64,000 bases of DNA from Patescibacteria group bacterium (GCA_041651155.1 JBAZJU010000007.1:15693-79692); one strand, 5' to 3'. Shown: positions 49,599 to 58,528, counted from the stretch's first letter. Made by a program: numbers and translations. The notes: generated by a model not told the origin, from the letters alone.

Positions 49599-50366
49599 TT
49601 ATTTAATAGAATGCCAAAGATATTTAATCAATTCTTTTTGCGAATCAGCAATGTCCTGGTCTTCAATAATTACGCCAGCCAAGGACTTAAAAGAAATCAT
49701 AGCTACTTTATTGCCGGACACTAACTGGTCAACTGAAACCTTAAAATCAGCTGGTAAAAATTTAATTTTAGTCACGCCTTTTCTGTAAATTTCTTCTTTA
49801 ACTGATTTTTGAGCCAAAGGTGTTGGTTTAATTAGATCATATAAAACTCCGCCAGCGTTTTTAATAATTTCAAAAAATTGCTCATTTTCTTTTTCTGAAA
49901 AAACAGTTAAAAAATCATCAAAGGAAAAAAGAGAATATACTTTTTTAGAAGTATTTAACATTTCTTCATAAATATTTTTCAAGCCTTCTTTGCCTTCAAA
50001 AAACCTCACTTTGGGCTGGCTGGGTTTGGCCAGAAATAAGGCCTCTAAATTAGGCAAAATTTTCTCAAAATTACTTTTTTTCTTTTCCAAGAGATTTAAA
50101 ATTTGCTTGGGATCAATAGCTTTATAAAAAACTCTTTTGCCAGCCGGGACTTTTAAAATCAATCCTCTTTTTATTAATTCCTCAATTAAATAATAAGTTG
50201 TCGGCCTCTTTATTTTAGCGCGTTTGGCAATGTCTGAAATAGAAGCTGGCCCAATTTCCAAAATAGCCAGAAATGTTTTAGCTTCACTTGGCTTTAAGTC
50301 CAGATTTTGTAATTGGTCTAGAATTTCCATATTTTTATGCGATTGCTCATGCCTTTCGGAGTTCAC
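49599..50366 (-). CDS. TrmB-family transcriptional regulator
   Basis: N-terminal winged HTH (KPSEAKTFLAILEIGPASISDIAKRAKIKRPTTYYLIEELIKRGLI), with a C-terminal effector-binding-like domain. Confidence 0.6.
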   Translation of the reverse strand: MNSERHEQSHKNMEILDQLQNLDLKPSEAKTFLAILEIGPASISDIAKRAKIKRPTTYYLIEELIKRGLILKVPAGKRVFYKAIDPKQILNLLEKKKSNFEKILPNLEALFLAKPSQPKVRFFEGKEGLKNIYEEMLNTSKKVYSLFSFDDFLTVFSEKENEQFFEIIKNAGGVLYDLIKPTPLAQKSVKEEIYRKGVTKIKFLPADFKVSVDQLVSGNKVAMISFKSLAGVIIEDQDIADSQKELIKYLWHSIK

Positions 50367-50613
50367 CCTTCAGGGTTTTATAAGTCCCATAAAAGACTAA
50401 AGTCTGAATTCCTTGCCTCATGAGCAATCGCATTAAATTTATCATACAACTCTAAAAATGTCAAGAATTTTATCAACTTTTTAACTTCTGAATGATAATT
50501 TGTGCTTATTATAGCCATTTTAATGCTAATTTTTGCCTTATTTATTGACATAATTAAATATTTTAACTATAGTGAAAGATCAAAATGTTCTTTGACAAAA
50601 AAAAGGAGGAGAA

Positions 50614-50769
50614 ATGAAAATTGTATTTTGGCTACTTACCCTATTGGTCATTGTTCTATATTCCTTACAACTAAATCCATCCCTAATCCACATTTCCGAT
50701 CCAAATGAAATCATATTCCTTGGTATGATTTTTTTTCTCGGAGCTGTGGCACTTTACGGTCTTTTCTAA
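50614..50769 (+). CDS. Small membrane protein (51 aa, 2 TM)
   Basis: Not in the supplied ORF track (under 60 aa), but preceded by a perfect RBS AAAAGGAGGAGAAATG. It is the first of five consecutive genes with the same RBS. Confidence 0.4.
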   Translation: MKIVFWLLTLLVIVLYSLQLNPSLIHISDPNEIIFLGMIFFLGAVALYGLF

Positions 50770-50787
50770 ATAAAAAGGAGGAGAAAA

Positions 50788-51162
50788 ATGAAATTAGAAA
50801 CTAAAGTTCTGGTTATTTGGTTTTGCGCTAGTGCGATTGTGTTGCCGCTCTTACGTATTTTTGACAAGGTAAGTTTAAATTTTAGTTTGTTATATTTCGG
50901 CCTTGAGTTGTGGACGCTTTTCATACTGGCGACAATAGGTGATGATGAAAAGTTAAGCCTCAAGAAAGAAATAAAAAGTAACTTAGTGAAATTTCTAACA
51001 TCTTTTGCAGTGTTTCTTGCAGGACTTATATTGATACTAGGATTGCCATCAATCGAGTGGTTCCTGTGGGATGCAACGGGCTTGAGATTTAGTGGAGCAA
51101 TGTTTCTAGTAAGTACAATTGTAACACTTTACATCATTAGAATTTTTTCATCTTTAAAGTAA
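50788..51162 (+). CDS. Small membrane protein (124 aa, 4 TM)
   Basis: RBS AAAAGGAGGAGAAAAATG; hydrophobic throughout. Confidence 0.45.
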   Translation: MKLETKVLVIWFCASAIVLPLLRIFDKVSLNFSLLYFGLELWTLFILATIGDDEKLSLKKEIKSNLVKFLTSFAVFLAGLILILGLPSIEWFLWDATGLRFSGAMFLVSTIVTLYIIRIFSSLK

Positions 51163-51180
51163 CAAAAAAGGAGGAGAAAA

Positions 51181-51456
51181 ATGGTTAAATGGTGTCCAAA
51201 ATGTAAATCTTATGCATCTATTAACCAAGTATACTGCACGCGGTGCGGAACTAAAACAAAGGTCTTCCCTAAATGTCAGTGTGGAGCCGAAATTATGCCA
51301 GCTAACGAATTCTGTGAAAAGTGCGGAACATATCTGCGAGAAAGGCTTACCTTTTGGCAACAACTAAAGCAATTATCTGTAGTTGAAAAAATGGCTTTAA
51401 TTACAATAATTGGATTAATTTGTTTAATGGTGTGTCAATTACTTTTTACCAGATAA
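51181..51456 (+). CDS. Double zinc-ribbon protein with C-terminal TM anchor
   Basis: CPKC...CTRC and CQC...CEKC (two CxxC pairs twice), then a TM helix; RBS AAAAAGGAGGAGAAAAATG. Confidence 0.5.
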   Translation: MVKWCPKCKSYASINQVYCTRCGTKTKVFPKCQCGAEIMPANEFCEKCGTYLRERLTFWQQLKQLSVVEKMALITIIGLICLMVCQLLFTR

Positions 51457-51483
51457 AAAAGACAATGAAAAAGGAGAATAAAA

Positions 51484-52059
51484 ATGAATAAATGCCCAAA
51501 GTGTGGCGCTGAAAATCAGCTGGATTACATTTTCTGCCATAATTGTGGCGAACAATTGCTTTTACCATGCCTCACCTGCAATAAAAAACACCTGCCAAAT
51601 CTGAAATTTTGTCCCAATAACGGCAAAAATATTTCTCAAGCTAAGACAGAAGATGAAGCTAAAAAACAATCAGAACTGCAAAAACAATTAGTAGAATTAC
51701 AAAAAAAGAAAGAGGAAAACGAGATTGAGAAAGCCGTCTGGCAAAAATATGGTAAGAGATTAAAATTTGGTGCTTGGTTTTTTGGAATCTCTTTGCTCAC
51801 CATATTTTTTAAATGGATGGCTAACTTGTCTACAGGTAATCCTACTTTAGATAATGACATAGGTAACCATATCATTTGGTCGCTTAGTTGTTCAATTCTA
51901 ATGGCTGGGGGAATTGTATTAGCTGGCCGAATCATTATCTTTGATTATTTTAAGAAAAAAATCAAAAATTCAAAAAAAGAGAGGTTGAATAAATCAAACT
52001 CTTTTCCAAAACAAAGCCCTGAATCACCTAGTATTCAAGGCAAGGAGGAGAAGAAATGA
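51484..52059 (+). CDS. Zinc-ribbon / coiled-coil membrane protein
   Basis: CPKCGAEN...CHNCGEQ...CLTCNKK...FCPNNG, a KQ-rich coiled coil and 2 TM helices; RBS AAAAAGGAGAATAAAAATG. The C-terminal KKERLNKSN segment is shared with the next gene. Confidence 0.5.
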   Translation: MNKCPKCGAENQLDYIFCHNCGEQLLLPCLTCNKKHLPNLKFCPNNGKNISQAKTEDEAKKQSELQKQLVELQKKKEENEIEKAVWQKYGKRLKFGAWFFGISLLTIFFKWMANLSTGNPTLDNDIGNHIIWSLSCSILMAGGIVLAGRIIIFDYFKKKIKNSKKERLNKSNSFPKQSPESPSIQGKEEKK

Positions 52060-52334
52060 GGAGAATGGAGATCTGCGCTATTTTCAAAACTTATATTTTT
52101 CTGCTGGAAGCGATGGGTTTCTTTTGCTGGGGCGGATACTTAACAATTTCGTCAAACCTTACAAGGATGCTTGAGATTGACCTTTGTATCTTTGGGGTTC
52201 TCTACTGCATCAACACTTTTTCCTGGGAGTTAAAAAAACTCAAAAAAAAAGAGAGGCTGAATAAAATCAACCTCTTTTTAAATTTCCCTTGCGGCCTTTT
52301 AAATTCTGGCATACGGAACCGATTTAAGGCGTAA
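52056..52334 (+). CDS. Small membrane protein (92 aa)
   Basis: RBS AAGGAGGAGAAGAAATG overlapping the previous stop; 2 TM; repeats the KKKERLNKINLF motif and an internal hairpin shared with the previous gene. Confidence 0.35.
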   Translation: MRRMEICAIFKTYIFLLEAMGFFCWGGYLTISSNLTRMLEIDLCIFGVLYCINTFSWELKKLKKKERLNKINLFLNFPCGLLNSGIRNRFKA

Positions 52335-52499
52335 GGGGATTTCTTTGAGCTGCGCCTTGAAAAGTTGGCGAACCTGTTTGTAGGTCATGCCCTCTTTCTT
52401 GGCAAACTCTTTCCAGCGTTCACGCGTTCTCGGATTTTCAGGAAGAAATGATTCATCGTTTTCATCCTTAAAACCCAGGAGTCTTTTTAGCCATTTCAT
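52299..52499 (-). CDS. Small basic hypothetical protein (66 aa)
   Basis: RBS AAGGAGAG upstream on the minus strand; convergent with and overlapping the 3' end of the small-gene cluster. Confidence 0.35.
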   Translation of the reverse strand: MKWLKRLLGFKDENDESFLPENPRTRERWKEFAKKEGMTYKQVRQLFKAQLKEIPLRLKSVPYARI

Positions 52500-52511
52500 A
52501 TTCTCTCCTTT

Positions 52512-53234
52512 TTACTTTCTGCCGATAATGGCGATTTGCCGACCTTCATCCTCTTTTTTTACAGCGCGAAAATGCGAAAAAAATAAGTGCTCGTCTTCAA
52601 ACGTGCAATGGGTGTCCATTTCAATATTTTTTTCCAAAACTTGAGCTAGCAGCAATTGGCCTTTGATAGCGCCTGCTATGTTATAGCTTTGCCCCTCAAT
52701 TTTGTAATGATTATAACATATATTCGGGCCAACATAGGAGATTAGCGTTTGCGGATTAATCTGGCACCACTTTTTCATGCAAAATATAGTTTTAGCCACG
52801 ATCATGTCTTTTACACCCGCTGCGCCAGCGTGAATCATTGCAAAATAACCAGTATTCGGCTCAAAAAGCATTACTGGCGCGCAATCTGCAGGCAGTATGG
52901 CTAGGTAAGTATTCTGCGAAAAGCCAATGCAAGCATCAAAACCGGATTTTTTGTCAAACTTATGCAGGTCAACGACCTCGCGGCTTTTTTCATGCAAAAT
53001 AATTCTGCCTTTTTTCTGAAACTTGCTGATTAAAGCCACGTTTGAGGTGTTATTTACTGGCAGTTTGAGCAAGCTTATTTCATCCAGGTTTAAATCCAAT
53101 CTGGCTAAGAACCTCCTCAAATTTTCTTCAGCTTTGCCAGTCTTATCCCTATCATAGGACATGTTGCCATAGTTTTTGGTGGAAACGCCATGAACGACAC
53201 CCCACTCTTTAAAAAGCTCCGACCGAATAATCAT
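52512..53234 (-). CDS. pgeF: Peptidoglycan editing factor PgeF / YfiH family (laccase-domain, purine nucleoside phosphorylase-like)
   Basis: Conserved LPADCAPVMLF (the ADCxPV motif) and IHAGAAG (HAGWRG-like) motifs; 240 aa. Confidence 0.75.
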   Translation of the reverse strand: MIIRSELFKEWGVVHGVSTKNYGNMSYDRDKTGKAEENLRRFLARLDLNLDEISLLKLPVNNTSNVALISKFQKKGRIILHEKSREVVDLHKFDKKSGFDACIGFSQNTYLAILPADCAPVMLFEPNTGYFAMIHAGAAGVKDMIVAKTIFCMKKWCQINPQTLISYVGPNICYNHYKIEGQSYNIAGAIKGQLLLAQVLEKNIEMDTHCTFEDEHLFFSHFRAVKKEDEGRQIAIIGRK

Positions 53235-53313
53235 TACTTGACTCCCTCCGTAGTTTGTTAGGTTGTAAAGTACTTACAATATAATAGCAGATTTTTAAGA
53301 TTTGTCAACTGAT

Positions 53314-53408
53314 ACTAATTTACGAATTCTATACTAATGATACTAATATTACACCGTAATAACTGTTCCATTGGTATAATTCGTAACATATTAGTACATT
53401 AGTATCAT
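53314..53408. repeat. 95-bp direct repeat copy 1, rich in ATACTAAT / ATTAGTAT motifs
   Basis: About 85% identical to copy 2 at 53763-53858. Each copy carries direct ATACTAAT octamers and an inverted ATTAGTACATTAGTATCAT arm. Confidence 0.7.
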
Positions 53409-53411
53409 AAA

Positions 53412-53721
53412 AGTAAAAGCCCCGTACCAAATGATACGGGGCTAAAGCGCAGAACTCCCAAAGCCGTTGAGATAGCACGAAAATTTAATCTCCATGAATC
53501 CAACGGGGTCAGTTTGCCTAAGGCTGGTCTTCCACCTTTCGGCTCAGCCTAAGTAAGCGAAATAGAGCCCTATACCACCTACTTACCGACTCAGACTTCA
53601 TCGCCTCCCAGCTTGCCTAAGTTCGAAAGTAAACTCCTTGATAGAGCCAGTTTTGGGACACGATTCCCGGTAATCCGCAGGTTCATGATGCATAGGTGCG
53701 ATTACAACTGTTTCCGCGCTT
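53412..53721 (-). ncRNA. Candidate structured ncRNA (~310 nt), class undetermined; RNase P RNA is the leading guess
   Basis: Minus-strand promoter TTGACA-N17-TTAAAT (plus-strand coords 53729-53758). Minus-strand intrinsic terminator GCCCCGUA-loop-UACGGGGC plus UUUUACUUUU (53409-53442). The GC content is clearly higher than the flanks, and the 5' AAGCGCGGAA can pair with the 3' UUCUGCGCUU (P1-like closing helix). An internal GGGAGGCGAUGAAGUC resembles RNase P CR-I GGAGGAAAGUCC. There is no ORF. Confidence 0.4.
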
Positions 53722-53762
53722 GATTTTAATTTAAGCAAAGGTTTGTAATAATGTCAAGCGAA

Positions 53763-53858
53763 ACTAATTTACTAATTTTATACTAATGATACTAATATTA
53801 CAATCATTACAACTGTCCCATTAGTATTATTCGTAATTTATTAGTACATTAGTATCAT
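53763..53858. repeat. 95-bp direct repeat copy 2, rich in ATACTAAT / ATTAGTAT motifs
   Basis: See copy 1. It overlaps the minus-strand promoter region of the candidate ncRNA and sits upstream of the rpsO promoter. Confidence 0.7.
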
Positions 53859-53869
53859 CCTATTTTGCC

Positions 53870-53898
53870 TTGACATCTCACTAATTCAATGATACTAT
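53870..53898 (+). promoter_or_regulatory. Sigma-70-like promoter for the rpsO-pnp operon (TTGACA-N17-TACTAT)
   Basis: Consensus -35 and a 17-nt spacer, about 90 nt upstream of the rpsO start. The long 5' leader is consistent with S15 autoregulation. Confidence 0.5.
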
Positions 53899-53985
53899 TT
53901 CAATAACTAACAAAATAAAGCGTTACTCTTGGCTAATCCCAGGCAAGGGACCAGCTCGGATAAGCGCACAAGAAAGCAACCAACT

Positions 53986-54264
53986 ATGCCACTCTCAAAA
54001 GAACAAAAGGATCGGGTTATAAAGAAATTCCGCATCCATGCCACTGACACTGGTTCAGCCGAAGTGCAGATTGCAATTTTGACTGAAGAAATCAAACAGC
54101 TGACAAACCACATGAAAGAACACAAGCACGACTTTTCTTCCCGTTTGGGCTTGATTAAAAAAGTACAAGAAAGAAAGAAACTGTTAACCTATTTAAGAAG
54201 AGAGAATCAGGAAAGTTACGAGAAATTGACTAAAGCTTTAAAATTAAAAACAATTACCACATAA
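53986..54264 (+). CDS. rpsO: 30S ribosomal protein S15
   Basis: MPLSKEQKDRVIKKF...TGSAEVQIAILTEEIKQLTNHMKEHKHDFSSRLGLIKKVQERKKLLTYL aligns with S15 along its whole length. The start was placed at the conserved Met rather than the upstream TTG. Confidence 0.9.
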   Translation: MPLSKEQKDRVIKKFRIHATDTGSAEVQIAILTEEIKQLTNHMKEHKHDFSSRLGLIKKVQERKKLLTYLRRENQESYEKLTKALKLKTITT

Positions 54265-54351
54265 TACAATTCCCCGTGCGAACGGGGTTTTTGTTTGTAC
54301 TAATTCACGCGAATTAAGACTAATTAGTCAAAAATTTGCGAAAATTCGTGT

Positions 54352-54873
54352 ATGATCAAACACAAAGAGCAAAGAGTGGGCATTTTCGTAGATGTCCAAA
54401 ACATGTACCATTCAGCCAAGAATTTATACAAGGCCAATGTTAATTTCCAAGAAATTTTAAAAACCGCAGTCGCAGGCAGAAAATTAATCCGCGCTGTTGC
54501 CTATGGCATCATAACCATTGGCGGCGAGGAAAAAAAGTTTTTGGAAATTTTAGGCAAACAGGGTTTTGAAGTTAAGACCAAAGAACTGCAAATCTTCCCA
54601 GGCGGAGCTAAAAAAGGCGACTGGGATGTTGGCTTGGCAGTTGATGCCATTAAAATGGCTGACAAACTTGATGTGGTTGTTTTAGTTACTGGCGATGGAG
54701 ATTTTATTCCCCTGATACATTATTTGAGAGAGAATAAGGGCTGTTTGGTTGAATTAATTTCCTTTGAACGCAGCACATCAGGGAAATTGCTGGAAGTTGT
54801 TGATGATTATGTTGATTTGGGAAAAGAGCCGGGGAAATATCTTTTGAAGTCAGTTTTGAAAAGAAGAAGATAA
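54352..54873 (+). CDS. NYN-domain (LabA/PIN-like) protein
   Basis: VGIFVDVQNMY...VVLVTGDGDF, the acidic signature of NYN/LabA nucleases. Confidence 0.6.
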   Translation: MIKHKEQRVGIFVDVQNMYHSAKNLYKANVNFQEILKTAVAGRKLIRAVAYGIITIGGEEKKFLEILGKQGFEVKTKELQIFPGGAKKGDWDVGLAVDAIKMADKLDVVVLVTGDGDFIPLIHYLRENKGCLVELISFERSTSGKLLEVVDDYVDLGKEPGKYLLKSVLKRRR

Positions 54874-55113
54874 GGGGTTAATATCTAATTTTTAATGATT
54901 AATTACTAAACAATTTTTTAATGAGTAAATGTTTAAATTTAGTCATTAAATCATTTAATAATTGATTAAAAATTAAAAATTTATAATTAAAAATTAATTA
55001 AATAAAAGCTGACCCGCAAACAATCTGTGCTTGTTTAATTAACAAGTTCAGGAGCTTGCAGGCCAGCAGCCCGCCTTCGCTAAAAGCTACGGCATGGCAA
55101 GAAAGGAAAACTT

Positions 55114-57375
55114 ATGGAAAGTTTACGTTTTGAGAAAGAAATCGCTGGCCGAAAACTCATTATTGAGACCGGTAAATTGGCTTTGCAGGCTAATGGCAGC
55201 GTAACTGTGTCCTATGGCGACACAGTTGTTTTAGCTACTTGTGTAATTTCCAATGAAATCCGCGAGGGCATTGATTTTTTCCCGCTCACTGTGGAATTTG
55301 AAGAAAGATTTTATGCAGCCGGCAGAATTAAGGGTTCTCGCTTTATTAAAAGAGATGGCAGACCCAGCGATGGAGCTGTCTTAAACGGCCGCTTAATTGA
55401 CCGAGCTATTCGCCCTTTATTCCCTGAAGACATTAGAAATGAAGTTCAGGTGATTGTGACAGCGTTATCTTATGATGGCGAGAATGAATCAAAAATGGTT
55501 GGCCTGATCGCTGCTTCAGCTGCCCTGGCAATTTCCAATATCCCCTGGAACGATCCGATTGCCGGCATTACAGTGGGCCAAAAAGAAGGCCAATTAATTT
55601 TAAATCCGACCGTGGCAGAATTAGCCGAAGGTGATTTGGAATTAAATTTGGCTGGAACACCGGAAAAAATTATTATGGTTGAAGCTGAAGCCAAAGAAAT
55701 CCCGGAAGAAACAATTTTAGAAGCATTTAAATTCGGATCCAAAGCATTAAAAGATATTTTGGATTTAATTAAGGATGTGCAAAAAAAAGCAGGCAAGCCA
55801 AAACGAGATATTTTGGAATTAATGCCCAAAGAATCTGAAGAAACTTTAGCTGCTAAAGCAGAAGTTACTAAAAAAGTTGAAGCTTTTGTGGCTGCCAAAG
55901 TTGACCCTTATATTTTGAACGAGAAAAAACCAACCAAAGCCTTGCGCAAGCACGGGCTCAATGAATTAGTCGCAGAATTGGAAAGGAATTTAACTGCCGA
56001 AGGTACAAGCGAAGACTTAATCAATTTTGCGGTTGAAAAAGTCGCCAAACTGGCAGAAGTTAAAATTTCCGCCGCCATCATGGAACGCGAAGTGCGTATT
56101 GACGGCAGAAAACTTGATGAAATCAGGCCGCTTTCATTTGAAGTTGGCTTATTAAAAAGAATTCATGGCACTGGCTTATTCCAAAGAGGAGAAACTCAAG
56201 TTATGACTTTTGTCACTTTAGGTTCGCCAGGTGATGTGCAGTCATTAGATACAATGGAAGAGGTTGGTGAAAAAAGATATATACATTATTATAATTTCCC
56301 GCCTTATTCAGTCGGTGAAGTTAAAAGGATGGGCGGCATGAGCAGGCGAGATATCGGCCATGGCGCTCTGGCAGAAAAAGCCCTAAATCCTGTTATCCCT
56401 TCAAAAGAAGATTTTCCTTACACAATTTTGGTAGTTTCTGAAACCATGGGTTCAAATGGTTCTAGTTCTATGGCTTCAACCTGCGGTTCAACTTTGGCTT
56501 TAATGGATGCCGGCGTGCCAATTAAAAATCCAGTGGCTGGCATTGCCATGGGCTTGGCCGTAGATGGCAAAGGCGGTTATAAAATCGTGACTGATATTCA
56601 GGATTTTGAAGACGGGCCAGGTGGCATGGACTTTAAAATCACTGGCACGCAAAATGGTTTAACTGCCATTCAAATGGATACTAAAACTGACGGCTTAACA
56701 ATGGAAATGATTGAAAAGACTTTAAAACAAGGCCGCAAAGCTTTAGACCAGGTTTTGGATGGTATTAAAAAGTGCATTAGCGAACCACGAGCAGATCTTT
56801 CACCTTTTGCGCCAAGAATTACTTCGTTTGCTATTCCACCGGATATGATTAAAGACGTAATTGGTCCGGGCGGCAAAATGATTCGTAAGATTATTGAAGA
56901 AACCGGAGTTGATATTGATGTTGATGACAGCGGTCTAGTTTTGGTAACTTCCAATAATCCCGAGATGTCTGAAAAAGCTGTTTTATGGATAAAAAATATT
57001 GTTAAAGTGCCGGAAGTCGGTGAAATTTACAATGGCAAAGTAGTGCGCATTATGGACTTTGGCGCGTTTGTGGAAATTTTACCTGGCAAAGACGGCATGA
57101 TCCATATTTCCAAACTAGCCCCAACCAGAGTTAATAAGGTTACTGATGTTGTGACAGAAGGCATGGAAGTGAGAGTTAAAGTTATTGAAATTGACAGCCA
57201 GGGCAGAATTAATTTAGCTTTAATGGAAGGCGGCAATACTCCTCCGCCATTTACCGGGGAATTTGGAGGCGGGAGAAGAGATTCTGATAGGCGCAGCAGC
57301 TTTGGTCATGGTGGCTCTGGCGGTCGTGGCGGACGAGATGATAAAAAAGGATTTTTTAAACGCAGGGAAAGATAA
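55114..57375 (+). CDS. pnp: Polynucleotide phosphorylase with C-terminal Gly/Arg-rich tail
   Basis: Two RNase PH domains, KH (VIGPGGKMIRKI) and S1 (GEIYNGKVVRIMDFGAFVEI), with synteny to rpsO. An extra RGG-like tail GGGRRDSDRRSSFGHGGSGGRGGRDDKKGFFKRRER follows. Confidence 0.95.
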   Translation: MESLRFEKEIAGRKLIIETGKLALQANGSVTVSYGDTVVLATCVISNEIREGIDFFPLTVEFEERFYAAGRIKGSRFIKRDGRPSDGAVLNGRLIDRAIRPLFPEDIRNEVQVIVTALSYDGENESKMVGLIAASAALAISNIPWNDPIAGITVGQKEGQLILNPTVAELAEGDLELNLAGTPEKIIMVEAEAKEIPEETILEAFKFGSKALKDILDLIKDVQKKAGKPKRDILELMPKESEETLAAKAEVTKKVEAFVAAKVDPYILNEKKPTKALRKHGLNELVAELERNLTAEGTSEDLINFAVEKVAKLAEVKISAAIMEREVRIDGRKLDEIRPLSFEVGLLKRIHGTGLFQRGETQVMTFVTLGSPGDVQSLDTMEEVGEKRYIHYYNFPPYSVGEVKRMGGMSRRDIGHGALAEKALNPVIPSKEDFPYTILVVSETMGSNGSSSMASTCGSTLALMDAGVPIKNPVAGIAMGLAVDGKGGYKIVTDIQDFEDGPGGMDFKITGTQNGLTAIQMDTKTDGLTMEMIEKTLKQGRKALDQVLDGIKKCISEPRADLSPFAPRITSFAIPPDMIKDVIGPGGKMIRKIIEETGVDIDVDDSGLVLVTSNNPEMSEKAVLWIKNIVKVPEVGEIYNGKVVRIMDFGAFVEILPGKDGMIHISKLAPTRVNKVTDVVTEGMEVRVKVIEIDSQGRINLALMEGGNTPPPFTGEFGGGRRDSDRRSSFGHGGSGGRGGRDDKKGFFKRRER

Positions 57376-57390
57376 ATAAATTAAGAAGTA

Positions 57391-57438
57391 CATAACAAAG
57401 AAGGAGCGATTCATGAATCGCTCCTTCTTTGTTATGTG
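57391..57438. terminator. Bidirectional terminator: perfect 22-bp inverted repeat
   Basis: ACATAACAAAGAAGGAGCGATTC-ATG-AATCGCTCCTTCTTTGTTATGT lies between the convergent pnp and lipoprotein genes. Confidence 0.7.
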
Positions 57439-57449
57439 ATTATTGTCGG

Positions 57450-57710
57450 CTATAAACTTTTTAAATCCTCGTAGCTATTTTTTTCAATGTCAGCTTTTAA
57501 CTTATTGAGATCGTCTTCGCTTACATTTAATTTATTATTTTCCTCTGATGTCTCCTTGTTCAAATTTGCAGCCTCATTTTTATTAGCTGCTTGTTTTTCG
57601 TTACTATTTGAATTTGCGTTATTCTCGATTTTACCTTGTTGAGCGGCACAGCCTCCTAAAATTAAGATAAAGACAAGCATCAAGCTAAGACTTATAATTA
57701 ATTTCCTCAT
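57450..57710 (-). CDS. Small lipoprotein
   Basis: Signal peptide with lipobox ILGGC; Asn/Lys-rich low-complexity mature part. Confidence 0.45.
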   Translation of the reverse strand: MRKLIISLSLMLVFILILGGCAAQQGKIENNANSNSNEKQAANKNEAANLNKETSEENNKLNVSEDDLNKLKADIEKNSYEDLKSL

Positions 57711-57714
57711 ATTT

Positions 57715-58476
57715 TTATTTATTAGTAAGTAATAATTTTAAGGCAAATAATAATTCAGAATTCGCCTCAAGTAAATTTGATCTGGCTAAACGCAGGTAAT
57801 TATTGCCGGCATTAAATTTTATAAGAGGAGTGCCAGGTAATTTCACGACTTTATAAGCGCTCTCTGCCAAATTTACATTATTTTGCGCTTCAGTAATTTT
57901 TCCCTTGGCTGAGTCCAAAATTCTAATTATTTCGCTGCTATTTGAAATTTTTTCAGCTGCTACCCTTAATTTTACTTCATAATTTGACGACTGAGAAATT
58001 TGTTTTTTGCCAATTTCAACCCACATAGCGCCAGTATTTCTGGCCACATCGGTTAATAATTCCAGATAAGCGACGGCCATTTTTAAAAATACAATGCCTG
58101 CCTGCGCTTGGGTGGTGATGCCAGAAACCTCAATTCTGAAATCCGCAATTTTTGCCAAATTTTTATTAACATCGGATTCAATATCATTTTTTATATCAGC
58201 CGGCGCGTCAGGATTATTTTTGGCCTCATTATTTTTCCACTTTAACCAGGCTTCAACTTCATTTAGCGCGGCATTTAAAACATCTTTGGTGGCCGAAATA
58301 AGCTTTTGCTCGTTAATTGGGGTTTTATCTGCCTTATAATCTGCCTGAGCCTGTTTGTAAACGGCTTGGGCGGAGATAGTTCTGCTTTTAGCATTCAGCC
58401 AGTCGCTTTCTGTCTGCGCCAAAACAGGCAAGGCCAGCAAGCTAAAGAGCAAAAATAAGACAATAATTTTTCGCAT
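57715..58476 (-). CDS. Secreted alpha-helical protein, hypothetical
   Basis: Cleavable signal peptide (LALPVLAQTE); 253 aa, Ala/Lys/Asn-rich. Confidence 0.45.
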   Translation of the reverse strand: MRKIIVLFLLFSLLALPVLAQTESDWLNAKSRTISAQAVYKQAQADYKADKTPINEQKLISATKDVLNAALNEVEAWLKWKNNEAKNNPDAPADIKNDIESDVNKNLAKIADFRIEVSGITTQAQAGIVFLKMAVAYLELLTDVARNTGAMWVEIGKKQISQSSNYEVKLRVAAEKISNSSEIIRILDSAKGKITEAQNNVNLAESAYKVVKLPGTPLIKFNAGNNYLRLARSNLLEANSELLFALKLLLTNK

Positions 58477-58528
58477 AAAAATAAAAATATTTAATTAGAT
58501 GATTTAATTGTAATGGAAAAAAGAAAAA

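Noticed and set aside
53409-53763. tmRNA (ssrA) as the identity of the ncRNA candidate
   Set aside because: No tRNA-like 3' end (no TpsiC-arm GGUUCGAnUCC, no CCA-proximal acceptor pairing) and no tag-peptide reading frame ending in ALAA-like codons. The 3' end is an intrinsic terminator instead.
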